From: Octopus sinensis
Lineage: Eukaryota
Direction: 5' to 3'
NCBI RefSeq assembly: GCF_006345805.1
Contig: NC_043008.1
Coordinates: 78,058,001-78,122,000 of the forward strand
Length of the DNA stretch: 64,000 bases
How positions within the stretch are numbered: the first letter of the stretch is position 1; each line of letters opens with the position of its first letter. Positions 25,102-38,073 of the stretch are shown here, in pieces. The notes below the pieces were generated by a model. That model did not search any database and was not told the origin of the DNA. It saw only the letters and a list, made by a program, of their open reading frames with translations. The translations under genes were made by a program, and so were the position numbers.

Positions 25102-26176
25102 AAGGCGGCGAGCTAGAAGAATCGTTACTTAGCGCCCGTCTTTACGTTCTGAGTTCAAATACCATCGAGGTTGACTTTGTCTTTCATCCTTTGGGTTTCG
25201 ATAAAATAAGTACCACTTGAGCACTGGGGTCAATGAAATCGATTTACCTACTCCCCGAAATTACTGACCTTGTGCCAAAATTTGAAACCAATATTAGCCC
25301 GGTAATTCAATAGTCCAAAATGTACCAACTATTACAGTATCATTGATCTGTATTTCCGTTCTAGGGTTTATTAGACTAGGATTGACCGGTATGTTTAGAT
25401 TTGACAGTGTTTCTGTTTATATATACAAAGCCAATGCAGAAGCGATTGAAAATTGTTTAATTACACCGAGATGTCAACAAAGAAGATATGAGTTCACTTC
25501 CACTTGGCATTCACATTTTATTCACTTTTACGTTGGCATTGTTTATCAGCACTAAATACCCTGTAAACTATATTTACAGAAATTATTATATTGTTGAAAT
25601 TAGTCAGAAAATCTGGTGTACGCTATACAGAATAGGCGAACTGGCAGAAACGTTAGCACGCCGGGCGTATTTTGTCTGCCGTTACGTTCTGAGTTCAAAT
25701 TCCGCCGAGGTCGACTTTGCCTTTCATCCTTTCGGGGTCGAGTAAATAAGTACCAGTTACGCACTGGGGTTGATATGATCGACTTAATCCGTTTGTCTGT
25801 CCTTGTTTGTCCTCTCTGTATTTAGCCCCTTGTGGGTAGTAAAGAAATAGCTATACAGAAGAGGGGGAGATTCCCAAATACCGAGTTGGAGAACCAATTC
25901 AGATTTTTCGCGCATATTACTTTTCAGGAAGATGATACTGATAGTACTTCTTATTTCTTTACTACCCACAAGGGGCTAAACACAGAGGGGACAAACAAGG
26001 ACAGACAAAGGGATTAAGTCGATTACATTCACCCCAGTACGCAACTGGTAATTAATTTATCGACCCCGAAAGGATGAAAGGCAAAGTCGACCTCGGCGGA
26101 ATTTGAACTCAGAACGTAGCGGCAGATGAAATACCACTAGGCATTTGGCCCGACCTGCTAACGTTTCTGCCAGCTC
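25102..26176. mobile_element. Cluster of three SINE family B copies (25102-25290 +, 25632-25850 +, 25950-26176 -)
   Basis: Family B consensus. The first copy has a 16-bp TSD caatattagccc(a/g)gta at 25085-25100 and 25289-25304. Confidence 0.82.
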
Positions 26177-28156
26177 TATTCTCCCCACTAAACTATCAAT
26201 TCATCTAAGCTTATAAAAAAACCCTACGTGACTATATACTCTGCCGAACGCTGTAAAACAAGAGGTAAATTCTCTTACTTTTGTCTCCGTTTGGCACTAA
26301 TTCCCAATTCATGGCATGCTACTTAAATACGTCAAGATGATTATTAACGATGAGATAATTTCCAAATTTTTTTTTATTTCCATGTTCAAAACAACATCAT
26401 ATATAGAAGTTTTTGATTAATTCCAAATTAATTTTTAAATTGCAAAGTTTCTTTTATAAATTTGTGACATATTGATGTCAATTTCAAGCCGGAATACAAC
26501 ATGCTTTTGTATATTATTAGTACTGATGCACAATCAGCAAAAACTGGCTCTTCAGAGTTGCTTGTGAAACCTGAAAATAACGCCTATTCATTGCTTTTCA
26601 AGCTTTCCTTTAACTTCATTGGTGTAACATACACCTGGAATGATGAACATGCAGCATGTGGGAGGTGCCAATCGTCACAACTGACTAAATCTAATCGTTT
26701 AATTGTCAGTTATTGTTAGAATTCTTATAATGACAATTTTAGAGTGTCCAGTTAAAATGCATATGTCATGCAATAAACTTATTACTAACAGTTCAGTAAT
26801 ACTTCAGTAAGTTATCTTTTGATCTGAATTTCGAAGGTGTGCAGCTGTTGTTTCTAAATATAAACTTACTAGGTGAGAAACTCTTACGGTTAACTACTTT
26901 ATTTAATTAGAAAAGACTTATAATAATATTACTTTCAGAAAACTAGTGGAACTAAAAAATCGGGTAAGTAGGTGTTAGAAGTTAATATTTATGTCAAATT
27001 CTCTTTGTCTGAAGTAATTTCGTTGCATTTACTTGAAAGAGCACAATTATAAGCTGTCGTATCACATTATAAAATCCTTTCCCCGCTAGAAAATATCTTG
27101 ATTGAAGATTGTTTTTTTTCATAATGTTAATTATATTGAAGTATATATTTGCTTTAACATTTAACAGTATTATTTTCGTAGAACGGATAGTTATTCTGTT
27201 GATGTAAAAGGGATTCACAAGAATTGTAATTACACATGTCTTAACACAGATAACTAATGTGTGTGTATCTGTCTGTCTCTCTATCTGTCTCTCCGTGCGT
27301 ATCGGCCAACTGTCCATGAGTAAAAAAAGAACACACACCAAGAGAGAATTTGAGTGGTTATTCTTCCATATTATCGGGAAGTGTATTCCTGGTTATGGTA
27401 TATAGCCGACCAAAATGTTATCACTGGTTTTGTGTCTACTATTGCACTTGGTAATACACACAGCTTATCTGACTTACTGACCGGAAGCACATAGTCGCAT
27501 ATACTGCCTTGACTTGATTGGGGTAAAAAAAACAACCGAAAAACTTTGCTGTTTTCAAACGGAGAAGACCACGCTTCGAAAATTAATTTTCTATCATGAG
27601 GGCAACTACTAAAATTTTTCCTTTTTGATTTCAAGTGGGCTCCCAGATTAATCAGTATCCAAATCGAGCATTATAGCTAAGAAATTTACTATGGTTACTG
27701 TCGCAACAGTAACCTGAACGTGTGAATCAGGCCTCTCTTAAGGCTGTCCAGGGTGTGCCTTCTAGAGATTGCAAAAACGCCATCCCTATAAAGGCCAAAA
27801 CGTGTTGACGGGAATTTCTTACTTAAGGTATCAAGTATAAATATTCCGTATAGTGGAAGACACATGCTCAAGGTCTCACGCAGTGGGACTGGATCGAGAA
27901 CCACGTGGTTGGGAAGCAAGCTTCTTACTGCAGATGGATTTAGTACGAATCTTTATTCAGCATGACGATCGTTCCAAGCCATCCTGTATGTGTCCCACAG
28001 GGGCAGGATACCGTGCCTCTAGTTGTGTTGCATCAAACAGAGCAGGTTGTGTCACTTCAGGTGCCTGGTGTAGAAAAGGACATACCACTAACTATACTAA
28101 GATCTCCTTGGCGTGTTGCTCTGGTTAGTTGTACTGGTACAACTAGATAGATAGAT

Positions 28157-28212
<56 letters not shown>

Positions 28213-28689
28213 GGATGGATGGGTGGATGGATGGATAGACAGACAGATATATATATATAGATAGATAGATAGATACATACATACATACATACATACATAC
28301 TCTAAACTGTCACTTTCTTTTGTGTGTCTTTAGCAAGGGAGGTGTCATGCCGTTTCATGTAGGCCATGTGAAGCTGCTAAAAAGTGCTGCTGTATGACAC
28401 AGTGTTCCAGTGTCACAAATTAATATTTCCAAATGTTATGTAGGTCCATCGAAACATAAACAATGACGTAATATTGCCATTTTCAAGTTGAGAACAAGAC
28501 TGTTTTTCAATTGCATTCAAAGCAGATGACGTTTGAAAAGAGAACGCTTATAAGGAAGAAGACAGAAAGAAATAGAAATAAAAATACAGGGGAGATAACC
28601 AACTTTATACCAATGTGAAAAGAACATGAAGATGATATGAATTGTTCACGATGTGTCTGGTGGCTTATTTCTAAATTCCGCAAAGATGT

Positions 28690-29800
28690 ATTACTTAAAA
28701 TTTCATTCTTGGGATTTGCAGAGTCGTTCGAAGTTCTTAAGTTCCTTAAGAGATATAGTTTTTCAAGGGATCATGTTGAACCTCTTTTTGACTTGTTAAT
28801 ATAGGGCCTGGTTTCGGAAAAGAATTTCCATTTTATGACATAGTTCATCCTTTCAACTTTAAGCTTCCAGGTTAAAGGCTGGAGGGTTGCTGAATATCCC
28901 TTCTCACGGTGTATTAAAATCGAAAGATGATTGTTATATCTGGATATAAAACCTACTGATCTGATATAACGCTTGGTTCCTGTTCGACCGTTGTCATAAT
29001 TCGTTGATACCTGTGCGTCATAAACGATGGAATATATATCACCTTTCTGCCGTAGAGGACATTAAGAGTTGTCTCTACATGTGCATCCAGGGCAGCTTTG
29101 AGTCGTCGGTTGTTTATTAATACAGGTCATTATATTAGGAGGAAGTTGGGAGGACAAGGAAAAGCAATTTTTAACGTGTTTCATAGATCTTATTTTATCT
29201 ATGGGTTCTTGGAAAGTGAATATCTACTAAGTGCGGGTATCTTCTACCCACGTTTGTCCTAACATTAAGGGAGAAACAGGGAAGGGAGTCATAAAACTTT
29301 CCGAGGCCTAGTCTTACGACTAGATGAAAGAGGAGATAGGGAGTTGTAAAAGATTTTATTAGTTAATCCGCTATCCTGTAGAACCTTTTTTATAATATGG
29401 GGCAGCCTTATCGAATATTTCTTTAGAAAAAGAAAGGCATGTGATCCTACAGCTAATGTTTGAAATTAAGTTTTTAATCAGCGGATTATAGAAATGCTTA
29501 TAAATATATTTAAGTTTCTCGTTAGGCTTAAGGAAGTGCTTATAGGAATTAGTTCTGAGGTCTATGAAAATGTCTAAAAAGTCAGTCCTAGTTATGTTTG
29601 TATTAATAGAGATTTTCTCTTAATAAATCCTCGAACGATTAAAAGATACTCTCGCGTAAGGATATAGTATATGAAGTGCATATTGTGGAAGGTACGTAGG
29701 GAAAGTTATGGTTTCATTAAATTCAAATCCTGTTTTGAAGAAAGTCGTGGACCCAATATGTTAACATTTGTTAAAACTTCCCTCGATTTGTAACGAAAAA
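28690..29800 (-). mobile_element. Penelope-like (Penelope/Poseidon-type) 3' fragment, decayed
   Basis: EIFDKAAPYYKKVLQDSG (thumb) and YNNHLSILIHREKGYSATLQPLTWKLK...YVIKWKF (GIY-YIG C-half). Confidence 0.7.
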
Positions 29801-31111
29801 CATCCTAATTAATAAGTAATTTAGTTGACATCACATATGTAATTCATTGCATATTGTATATGACGCGATATCTAATGTATTCGAATAACTTATCACATGA
29901 AAAGTAATGAAAAGTAATTTCTTTCTACCATACACATATCGCATTCTACGATAGAAGCGTCTTTATGGACAATATGAATATTAAATTGTTTAATGCTTGT
30001 TAAGATTAAGTGGTAACTGAAAATATATTGCATATTTCGAGATTTTATTCTAAAGATTTCATCGATAGTAAGACTTGAGGTATTTAAAGTTGGCATAATA
30101 AGAGTACTGATTGGCAATTCAGTTGCGGGCTGAATAAAAACACAAGGTAGAACATGTCTATACCATTTTAATAGCAGAATCTAAAAGTTATATTCGTTAA
30201 ATGCAATCTAAATATATCACTCTATACCAAAAATACTGACAGGCAGGCAGGCAGGCAAGCTGGCAAGCTGACAAGCTGAAAGACAAACAGACAGGCAGGC
30301 AGACAGACAGACATACAGACTGATAGATAGATAGATAAGTTTCCTAATTGGCCACACAGGGCTGCACATAGATGGGACAAGTTACAAGGTAGAGCTTTTC
30401 TTTTGGGGGATGAAAAAAAAACAAAAAGACAAAAAACAAAAGAAACAAAAAAAAGGGTGGCGTAGGTTTTCGATCAAAAGGGATCGTAAAAGGGAAAAAA
30501 GAACAAAAAATAAAAAATAAAAAATAAAAAAAAGGAAAAGGAACAAAAGAAAAGAGAAATGAAAAAAAAAGAAGAAAAAAGGCGGGAAAAAGGGGAAGAG
30601 GGAAAAAAACGATCAATAGGGATCGTGTATCACAGTGTTATGATGTATGGTGTAAAGGGGAAAGCAAGTAAGGTTTATCCGTGGGAAGAAAAGCCTACGA
30701 AAAAGACCACGGTAACCTTGGTCAATATTGTTATATGTTACCACATTTGTTTGCAAGTGGGTAACCCTCTGTTTTCAATTTCTGGGTTCATAGGATTATG
30801 CTCAAGGTGGCTTCGTCATTCATACGTGCCAACCTTGCTACATTTACCCATCTTTTTTTTAAACATTCGCTAGACAAAACTTGCCTCTCTACTCTCTCTT
30901 TCCTTTTCAAGTGGTACTTGAAGAAAATGAGTTACACTATACTGAAAAATATTGAGAATTCTTTCATATAATTGCCTACACAAACGTGTTATACATGTAT
31001 GCGACTTAAAGAGATACTTAGCCAACCCTAACTGAAGTACAATATATCAGCCTATAAAATTAAAACTATTTTTGCCATGAATTAAAAATATTATATAATC
31101 TTATTGCATAC

Positions 31112-32090
31112 CAGATTTTACTCCTTTACATTTCATCCAGCGATTTGCTCTAGAATCATATGTTTCCATCAGATTCGTTGCATATCTACCGCTCCAGCCA
31201 CCAAAAACGAAGATGATTTCATACGGCAGCCTTGGTCGTGCAATACTAATGTTGTCAGCTACTAAATTATTTTCATTGATGTCTAAATCGTATAGAATCT
31301 TCAGCGCTTCAATAACAAGAGATTTGCAGTCTTTGTTCTCGTGAACATATGGATGTACTTTAACTTTTTCCACAAAATAATTGGTCGTCAAAAGTGCCAG
31401 ACGTACATTTCGTAACAGTTTAGCAATATGACATTTTCGATTCGGTGGATCATAATCAATCCATTTTATGATAGCTTCAAAAGCAATCTCTTCCGATTTG
31501 ATATTCAGTTCTTCCGAGCCTAATATTTCATGAAGTGAAGTGTCATCTAGTAGTTGAAAGTCATCACAGCCAGTGTAAACTTTAGTAAAGTTATGCAATA
31601 TAAATTTATGCGCGTTCTGTCGGAGCTTCTCACAGAAAAATTTTTTTGCAAAGTTTTCTATATTGATGCAGGTAAAAATAGAAATTTTCGATGATAAATA
31701 ATCGCAGCAAAGGTCTTGTAGATGAGTCATGTTCAAATAATCTGAAGCAATCAAAATATCACTTACATTTTCATCATTGATATTACAAGCATTTGTATAC
31801 ATGTAACCGATAATTTTGCTCATAATCGGAGCCGATATATCAGTAATATTGACCGTATGACGGTCAGATTCAAACTTACTGTTTGTAAACAAAGCTCGAA
31901 AATAGGGACAGGCAGCAGCTAATATAACACGGTGAACAGGTATTTTTTCATCACCTACTTGGATCACAGCATCACATAATTCACCAGCCTTTCTTAAAAC
32001 CACTAAGCTATTTGACGTTTCCTTAGGCACCTCTTTGATGAATAGTTCCCCTCCCAAATCCGCTAGATCTTCTTCCTGGGAATATTCCAT
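31112..32090 (-). CDS. KLHL10: Kelch-like protein 10 homolog, coding exon 1 (BTB + BACK + start of Kelch 1)
   Basis: ORF MEYSQ...LCDAVIQVGDEKIPVHRVILAAACPYFRALFT (BTB), ILHNF...ELNIKSEEIAFEAIIKWIDYDPPNRKCHI..LL..VRLAL (BACK) and RPRLPYEIIFVFGGWSG...ETYDSRANRW, closely parallel to KLHL10 as recalled (RPRLPYAILFAIGGWSG). Donor TCTG|GTATGC at 31112/31111, phase 1; 979 nt. Confidence 0.9.
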
Positions 32091-32806
32091 CGTGAATTCG
32101 TGAAAAAAAAATACAATTTCTTACAATGTATATTTTTTTCTAAAATTATTCCTACTTTCACTGCATTGTCTTCACGGCTACGATTTAAGTAACCCCGAAA
32201 ATGTTCGTTTTGAACATAGAGACGACATTTTAGTTGAAATGGTAAGGCGTCATAAATAAAATGACGTAAAATAATTACTACTTTCAAATGGAATTAATCT
32301 ATGAAATTCTATACATCTGGAAAATTCAGTAGTATTATAACATTGCTACTTGTATACGAAATAATTTCATTTGAAGATCAATACTCTGTGACAGAAGTGT
32401 TCTTATCTCTGGTGTCTCATTAGCTATTTTTGTTGTCGCTATTGTGTTGTTACTTAAACTCAAGTCAGATCTAATCAAGCAGTTATACAACAAAAGACGT
32501 TCCAATCTTGACAACACCGTCTTTTCGTAAATAATTGGCTAACGTGTCCTTCCTTATTAAGATTGAAGGCTTTTACTAGAGAGCATTGGTTGCTGTTCCT
32601 AGCTGATAGATCTATCGAGCAGAGATTCACTCGTTAGTTCATCAGCTTTTAATGAAAGTTAACTCTTTTCAATCAAGTTTTCCGGTGTCGTAAATTATTT
32701 TCGGGATAAAAAACAAAACAAAAAAAAACAGAACAATCATGAAAAAGTGTTGAAGAGAAATCGCTATGACATTAGTAAGTAGCTGAAATATTTCTATAGT
32801 TTAACA

Positions 32807-35706
32807 CAGTAGTTTTCAGCCAGGGTTCCGCGGAACCTTAGGGTTCCGCCAGTACAGTCCAGGGGTTCCGCAAGAAGTTACATAAATGCTAAACTCGATA
32901 GTAATTTTAAATTCTCCTGTGCAAATATCTATGTACATGTTAGGCCTACGTGTACATCTACGAGTTGCACGCCAGCGTAGATGACCCTGATCCTTGGTGT
33001 GTACATGTACGTGCACATCTACGAGTTGCATGTCAGCTTAGATGATGGTTTAGTTTTCTTTTGTAAAATACGAGTGACTATATTTAGAACAAACATTTTA
33101 ACTGCATAAGCCATTTAGGTGTTGTTGTTAATCCGCCTTTTAAAAGATCTTTAGCTTTTTGGAAGGCGTTTTTGTAAAATCTTTTTCTTGTATGACGTCT
33201 ATTAATATTTGGTCAAATGTTAAGATTAAAAAATTCGAAAGAGAGTTGAATTACATATGTAGAAAAAGAAAAGAAATAGGCGAAACTGATACTAAATTAT
33301 AAGATATTTAAATATGCATAAATATTAATTCCTTACAAATTTCTGAATTAGAACAATGAACAAATAAAGGACATTTTAAATTCAAATCCGAAAATCTATT
33401 TTATTATTATATGCATATTGTTTAAATATAATCAAATACCTATTACTGAAAAACATTAATAAAAAAGCTAAATTTTACATCATTAAACTCGCTACACTTT
33501 AAAGATCATTTTGTCCTGCCACTATTAGGTTTTATATACAATTCTGCTTACAGCCTTACATGTATGGATATATTTCTGAAAAAAAAACGTAAGTTAGACA
33601 CAGCTGAAGAGACGCTGGGTCTGAGGCAGTCTGTTGAAGCTGCAGCCACTGCCAGTGATGCTGCCTCGTCGAAATTACCAAGAAATGATGGAATTAACCT
33701 GCAACTAAAAGTTCGTCAATATTGTGAAAACTACATAGCTCTGGGATTTACTTGGACTGGAAACCAAGGCTGCTCTTCACCTTTGTGTACTATTTCTGGG
33801 AAGAAGCTGGCTAATAGTGCTATGGCACCAGCCAAACTGAAACGACACTTAACGACTAAACATCCAGAGTTGTCAGGCAAAAAAGAACAATATTTTAAAA
33901 GAGAATTGGCGTTTAATAAAAGGGAAGTTTCTATGTTTGCCAAAAAGTTCAAGTTGAGTGACAAAGGACAAGAAGCAAGTTATGCTGTGGCGGAGATAGT
34001 TGCAAGAAAAATGAACTCTCATACCATCTCTGAAACTGTAATTTTACCTACATGCCAGTAAATAGTGAGGATAATGTTTGGAGAGGATGCTGTATCAGAG
34101 CTGAATAAATTTCCACTTTCTGACAACATGACAGGAGACATTGAGTGCAATATTTTTGACTTAAGTCAAAAATACTGAAACATAGGCTGTTTGCACTTCA
34201 AGTTGATGAGAGTACAGACATCAGTGGTAAATCACAGCTCCTTGTATTTGTTTGTTTTATTAATGATGAAGCTATTGTAGAAGACGTCCTGCGTTGCAAG
34301 GAGTTGCCAGAAACAAGAAAAGGACAAGATGTATTTGATGTTTTAAATTCATATTTAGAGTATTGTGGATTGAACTGGAAAAAATGTGTTGGTATTAGTA
34401 CAGATGATGCCCCTACAATGACATGATGTCTTAAAGGCTTTGTCCCAATCGCACAAAAAAAATCCAAATATTATCCATACTCATTGTTTCATTCATAGAG
34501 AAACACTAGTTGCTAAAAATCTTGGACCTGAACTAAAATCTGCATTGGATATGGTAGTGAAAATAGATAATTACTTCAAAATGAGGCCACTTAAATGTCG
34601 ACAGTTTGCGAAACTTTGTGTGGGTATAGAAGCAGACCATTCCATTTTAATCCAGCACACAGAAATACGATGATTTGTCTCGTTTTTACAAATTAAAAGA
34701 AGAGTTATTGACCTTTTATTTGCAAGAAAACCTGAAAGACTTTGTAGAATGTTTAAGTGATGACCATTGGTGTTCCAAGGTAGCATATTTTGCCGATATA
34801 TTTCATGAGCTAAACCTCTTGAACAATGGTATGCAGGGCAGGAACGAAAATATCTTGTCTTCTACTGACAAAATAAATGATTTTCAGAAGAAATTGACAA
34901 TATGGAAGAAACGCATAGCTGGAGGAAATTTGGAAATGTTTCCAAGTGTTTTTAAAAGGAATTGTCAAGAAACTGCGCTACTGATTTTGAACCATTTGCA
35001 CACTTTGTTAACAAATCTTGACAAATATTTTCCATCGATATCTGTTGACCAGTATGACTGGATTAGAAACCCATTAGTGGAATTTGAGACATTTGAAGAA
35101 CAGCTCACATTAACAGAAGAAGAAGAACTTGCCAGTGTTTTAAATGGCAGAACATTAGAGTTGAAGCATTCTGAGCTTCATCTGAATGCATTTTGGTTGC
35201 TGGTTGAAAAGGAATATCCTGCAATCGCCCAGAAAGCGCTGCGACTTGTTGTACATGTTTCAACCTACTACTTCTGTGAATTTGGATTTTCAGCCCTGGC
35301 AACCATCAAGCACAAGAAGCGAGCACAATTGCTGTCTCTGGAAGATGAACTTCATGTGTTTCTATCAAAAACACGACCCAGTCTTAAAGAGTTGTGTAAG
35401 AAACACCAGGCTCAAGTTTCTCATTGAGTTTGTGATGAGAATAAATGTAATCTATTCAAACTAAAGTTTTTTTGATACATGTTTTAATAATAACTGTAGA
35501 TGCAAGACTAAAATTGCATATGTACGTGACAATTTTTTTACAGTTTGAGATTTTACTGTAAGTAAATCTGAACATGAGTATTTTCATTTCAGTAATTAAA
35601 TGCTGTTTTTTTTGCATAAGACAATTAAATTATTGCACAGGGGTTCCTCGAGCCAGTGGAATGTTTCCTTGGGGTTCCGCTCCAGAAAAAAGGTTGAAAA
35701 GCACTG
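32807..35706 (+). mobile_element. Full-length hAT DNA transposon (Buster/Charlie-type), transposase pseudogene
   Basis: TIRs CAGTAGTTTTCAGCC and CAGTGCTTTTCAACC(rc); perfect 8-bp TSD GTTTAACA (32799-32806 and 35707-35714) with central TA. Motifs: BED finger (PLCTISG..LANSAMAPAKLKRHLTTKH), LQVDESTD, HCFIHRE, LIQHTEIR(W), YFCEFGFS. Several stops and frameshifts. Confidence 0.95.
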
Positions 35707-36230
35707 GTTTAACAGCCTTCCGTTTCATAAAGCCATCCGTCAAAAAGTGATATATTGTGCCAGGATACAAATGATCGCCCAAATTGAACAATCACTCTTC
35801 TGCAATCCAGAGAAACATCAAAAGTACCACATCTCAACTTTTACTACATACTTATGAATATATTTATATCATATAATATATTCACTAATTTTCCACTCAG
35901 TTTAGCAAAACTCTCATTTATATTATGTCAAGTCTCAATGATAGACAAAATAAGAAAGTGTTTACGTTATAGTTTTAATTGTAAGTTTACATAGGAATGT
36001 ATTTCTAGCTTCATCTTAAAACAATATTTTTTATTATAAAATTACAAAACATGCCTTACTGCTCTCATGTGTTCTGTCTTTTTATCAAGATGCATATATT
36101 GTGATTTTAAATTAGTAAAAGTGAACATAGTACACTGTATGTTAAAGTTATGTTAACAACGTGTTTAATGACAATGTCGGTGTTATTTTTTGTGGCTCAA
36201 TGGTTAAACTGCTTGTTAATGAATCGTTTT

Positions 36231-36281
36231 GGGCAGTCATATTGTTTGCCCTTCGAATTGGGGCAAACAACATGACTGCCC
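36231..36281. repeat. 21-bp stem hairpin (one mismatch) with 9-nt loop
   Basis: GGGCAGTCATATTGTTTGCCC-ttcgaattg-GGGCAAACAACATGACTGCCC. Confidence 0.85.
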
Positions 36282-36867
36282 AGACTCAAGATCTTTAGCG
36301 AGACACGACTTTATGCATGGATGTACCTGAAGTGACCCAGACTGCAAAATGGATGCAACAGAACATGTTGCACGGAGTCCCACCCATAAGGAACAGTAGC
36401 AAGATGATTAGCAACGATCGTCATACAAATCAAGGATTAATACCAAATCCATCTTCTGGTCACTTACTCAATTACTATTACCTCAACTGCGGAATTCCTG
36501 AAGTAGATCCAACAGAAATATACCCCAACTACGGATGACAGCAGGTAGCCCAAACCGTGCCAGTTCTCTATTCAACACTTGAACACACTAATCGACATAT
36601 ACCTATTAGTCCAGAATACTTTTCATTTATATATATGTGTGTGTGTGTTTGTGTGTGTGTGTCTGTTTCTGTGTGTGTATGTGTGTGTATGTGTGTGTGT
36701 GTGTGCGTGTGTGTGTGCGTGTGTGAATCAAGATATATGAGTTTCCAATTGTTATAGACAATTGTTATAACATCGTTTTCTATCTATGTTGCAACATTAG
36801 TGTATTTATCTTTAAGTATGACAAAACATGATCGCCGACTTAACGTGATTGATTATTCAACATAATA

Positions 36868-37371
36868 TTGGGTTGGCAACTAAGTTCTCGCCATTTTTAA
36901 AATTTATATTTTTTAAAAGGTTTAATAAAAAATAACAACTAATTAATCAATAATGTTGCTTACAACTTCTTCCCAACATTCAACAAGATTTTCAATACCT
37001 CGTTGGTAGAAATCCCCCAATTTCGACTCGAAAAATTGATTATGCCAAGCTCTAAATTCTGCATCAGCATTGAACGAATAGCATTTGAAAGAGATCGAAA
37101 GAGGTGGAAATCCGTTGATGCCAAACCAGGAGAGTACGGCGGGTGTGGTAACTCTTCCCAGCCATGCATTTGATATTAGCGATGTGAGGGAGGAGCGTTG
37201 TCGTGCAGCAGAAGAACTCCATGCTGCCGATTAGGTCTTTTCTCTTGACTAGCCGTTTTGAGTTGTTCCATCTGTTGAACATAGATTTCCGCGTTGACTG
37301 TTTGATTCCGTTGAAGCAATTCGTAATGGATAATCCCTTCCCAGTCCCACCATACGCACAACATAGTTTTA

Positions 37372-37375
<4 letters not shown>
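36868..37375 (-). mobile_element. mariner transposon, 3' half with one TIR
   Basis: MLCVWWDWEGIIHYELL...LLLHDNA...WEELPHPPYSPGLASTDFHLFRSL. TA + TIR TTGGGTTGGCAACTAAGT at 36866-36885; 5' half lost at a (TA)n array. Confidence 0.92.
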
Positions 37376-37446
<71 letters not shown>

Positions 37447-37737
37447 TATTAAACTTACCATAAAATGGTATTTTTTCAATCCGATAATGGTATTTTTGAT
37501 AATGGTATTTACTGATAATGGTATTTTTCTCCCAGAAAAAAACTGTAGCATCTTACTTTAGCAACACGCTGGAGGGTGAGGGAGGATGACTTACTCTCAT
37601 TCATTTTTTGAATTTGGCGGCACTAACACGGAATACGATCTCTCTGATACCGTTAGGTTAAGTGATGTCTTCCAGTGCCCTCAAATTTAAGATACAATTA
37701 TTAATAATTGAGATACAATTATTTATGATTGTGGAAT

Positions 37738-37830
37738 CCTACGCTGAAGAGTCGAAAATAGTCGGGTAAGGTATGATTATTTATTATTTATGCTTTATAC
37801 TGGCTTAATTCCGAAACGTGCGTCCGTAGG
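37738..37830 (+). ncRNA. Type I hammerhead ribozyme motif (H2), long loop II
   Basis: cctacg-CTGAAGA-G...(60 nt)...C-GAAA-CGTGCG-TC|cgtagg. Stem I 6 bp, GUC site after 37824; stem II weak beyond the first G-C pair. Confidence 0.75.
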
Positions 37831-38023
37831 TAACCTATTATAGAATGATTTTCGTCATTTTTTCCCCTTTTGCCTACGTGGTTTGTCTTCAAGTGCTTTG
37901 GTTTTTCTGGGAACTCCCTTTAAAGTAGAAAGAATAGCTAGGATTTTGACTGCTATTTCTAAAACTTAGGTGTGTGGTGAAGCTAATCGTTGCTGAACCC
38001 TAATTATATAGTATATATATATA

Positions 38024-38069
<46 letters not shown>

Positions 38070-38073
<4 letters not shown>

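Noticed and set aside
26474-26556. Decayed hammerhead-like motif on the minus strand (CTGAAGA-GCC...GGCTT-GAAA-TTGACA-TC)
   Set aside because: Stem I has only one pair and stem II is out of register; too degraded to call.
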